DNA of 64,000 bases from Bacillota bacterium (GTDB taxonomy: Bacteria; Bacillota; Sulfobacillia; JAJYWN01), in contig JAJYWN010000011.1 of NCBI GenBank assembly GCA_021791495.1, positions 1,015-65,014 on the forward strand, read 5' to 3'. The position numbers and the translations under genes are program-made. Of the stretch, positions 63,504 through 64,000 are shown piece by piece. Numbering within the stretch: the first letter of the stretch is position 1; every line of letters starts with the position of its first letter. The notes beneath the pieces were generated by a model, which was not told where the DNA came from, did not search any database, and was given only the letters and a program-made list of their open reading frames with translations.

Positions 63504-63523
63504 AATCACCCGCAGGGGTGATT
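63504..63523. promoter_or_regulatory. Palindrome AATCACCC-N4-GGGTGATT (candidate LuxR operator)
   Basis: Perfect 8-bp arms upstream of the surface-protein gene; related GTAACCC-N4-GGGTGAC at 59901-59918. Confidence 0.5.
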
Positions 63524-63618
63524 GCGAGGGGAAGGATCGGGCTCTTGCAGAGGTGAGACCGGGGTGAGGAGTCTCACCCCGCCTCCGCTGCAACTCTTCC
63601 GGGGTTTTCTCTGTGTCG

Positions 63619-64000
63619 CTACTTCCCTTTCCGGTAAGCGAAGACACCGCCCCTGGCCGATCTGGTGTCCAGCGCCGTCAGGAACGACCCGGGGGCCACT
63701 TCGTCCACCAGGCGGACCAAGGCGCGCTGGGCGCGGCGGTCCAGAGAGATCATAAGTACGTCGCGAGGGCCCTCCCGGCCTTCTCCGGTCAGGACCGTGA
63801 CCCCGAAGCCCTGCTCCCGGGCTACACTGGTCAGGATTTCGGCATCCTGCCGGGACCCGGGGATGACCTGCATGGTCAGAATGCCAATGGCCAGCTTCTC
63901 TTCCACCACCCCGCCCACGAAAGTGCCGGTGGCGAAGCCCGCCGCATAGGCAACAATCTTAAAGGGGTCGTTCAGACTGGACATTACCCAGCCCAGAGCG
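63619..64000 (-). CDS. DUF2179/DUF5698 (YebE-like) membrane protein, N-terminus outside the window
   Basis: YAAGFATGTFVG..VEEKLAIG, GFGVT...GEG..G. Confidence 0.8.
   Translation of the reverse strand, partial: ALGWVMSSLNDPFKIVAYAAGFATGTFVGGVVEEKLAIGILTMQVIPGSRQDAEILTSVAREQGFGVTVLTGEGREGPRDVLMISLDRRAQRALVRLVDEVAPGSFLTALDTRSARGGVFAYRKGK

Overview
64-kb chromosomal window from a high-GC, endospore-forming Bacillota (inferred from spoIIP, spmAB, dacB, ytfI/ytfJ and SASP-like genes). The backbone is mostly on the minus strand and follows the familiar Firmicute order trpS-scpA-scpB-ytfIJ-dacB ... spmA-spmB ... rluB ... murC ... cmk-plsC-ispH/rpsA-topB-fni-spoIIP-der-plsY-gpsA. Three accessory blocks interrupt it. 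(1) Between dacB and spmA lie Ku, a split LigD, a YheC/D ATP-grasp protein, copZ and a ~495-nt non-coding element (34521-35015, + strand). This element hand-folds into a six-armed star: six 15-16-bp helices joined by six GAGC-NNN linkers. I do not recognise it as a known RNA family, and it is the top finding. (2) Between spmB and rluB lies an apparently uncharacterised cobalamin-dependent catabolic regulon: DUF6917-like, RidA, fold-type-I PLP enzyme, wHTH-FCD regulator, small ORF, single-chain B12-binding/glutamate-mutase-like enzyme and KamB-like reactivase. Both halves carry the same palindrome, CTCATCA-N-TGATGAG. (3) Between rluB and murC lie a NiCo-like riboswitch-controlled CDF exporter and a cobalamin-riboswitch-controlled BtuFCD importer. 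The right third of the window is miscellaneous, including a transmembrane LuxR regulator with candidate operators. No tRNA, rRNA, CRISPR array, integrase or transposase was seen. All calls come from motif recognition and manual base pairing; no database searches or folding programs were run.
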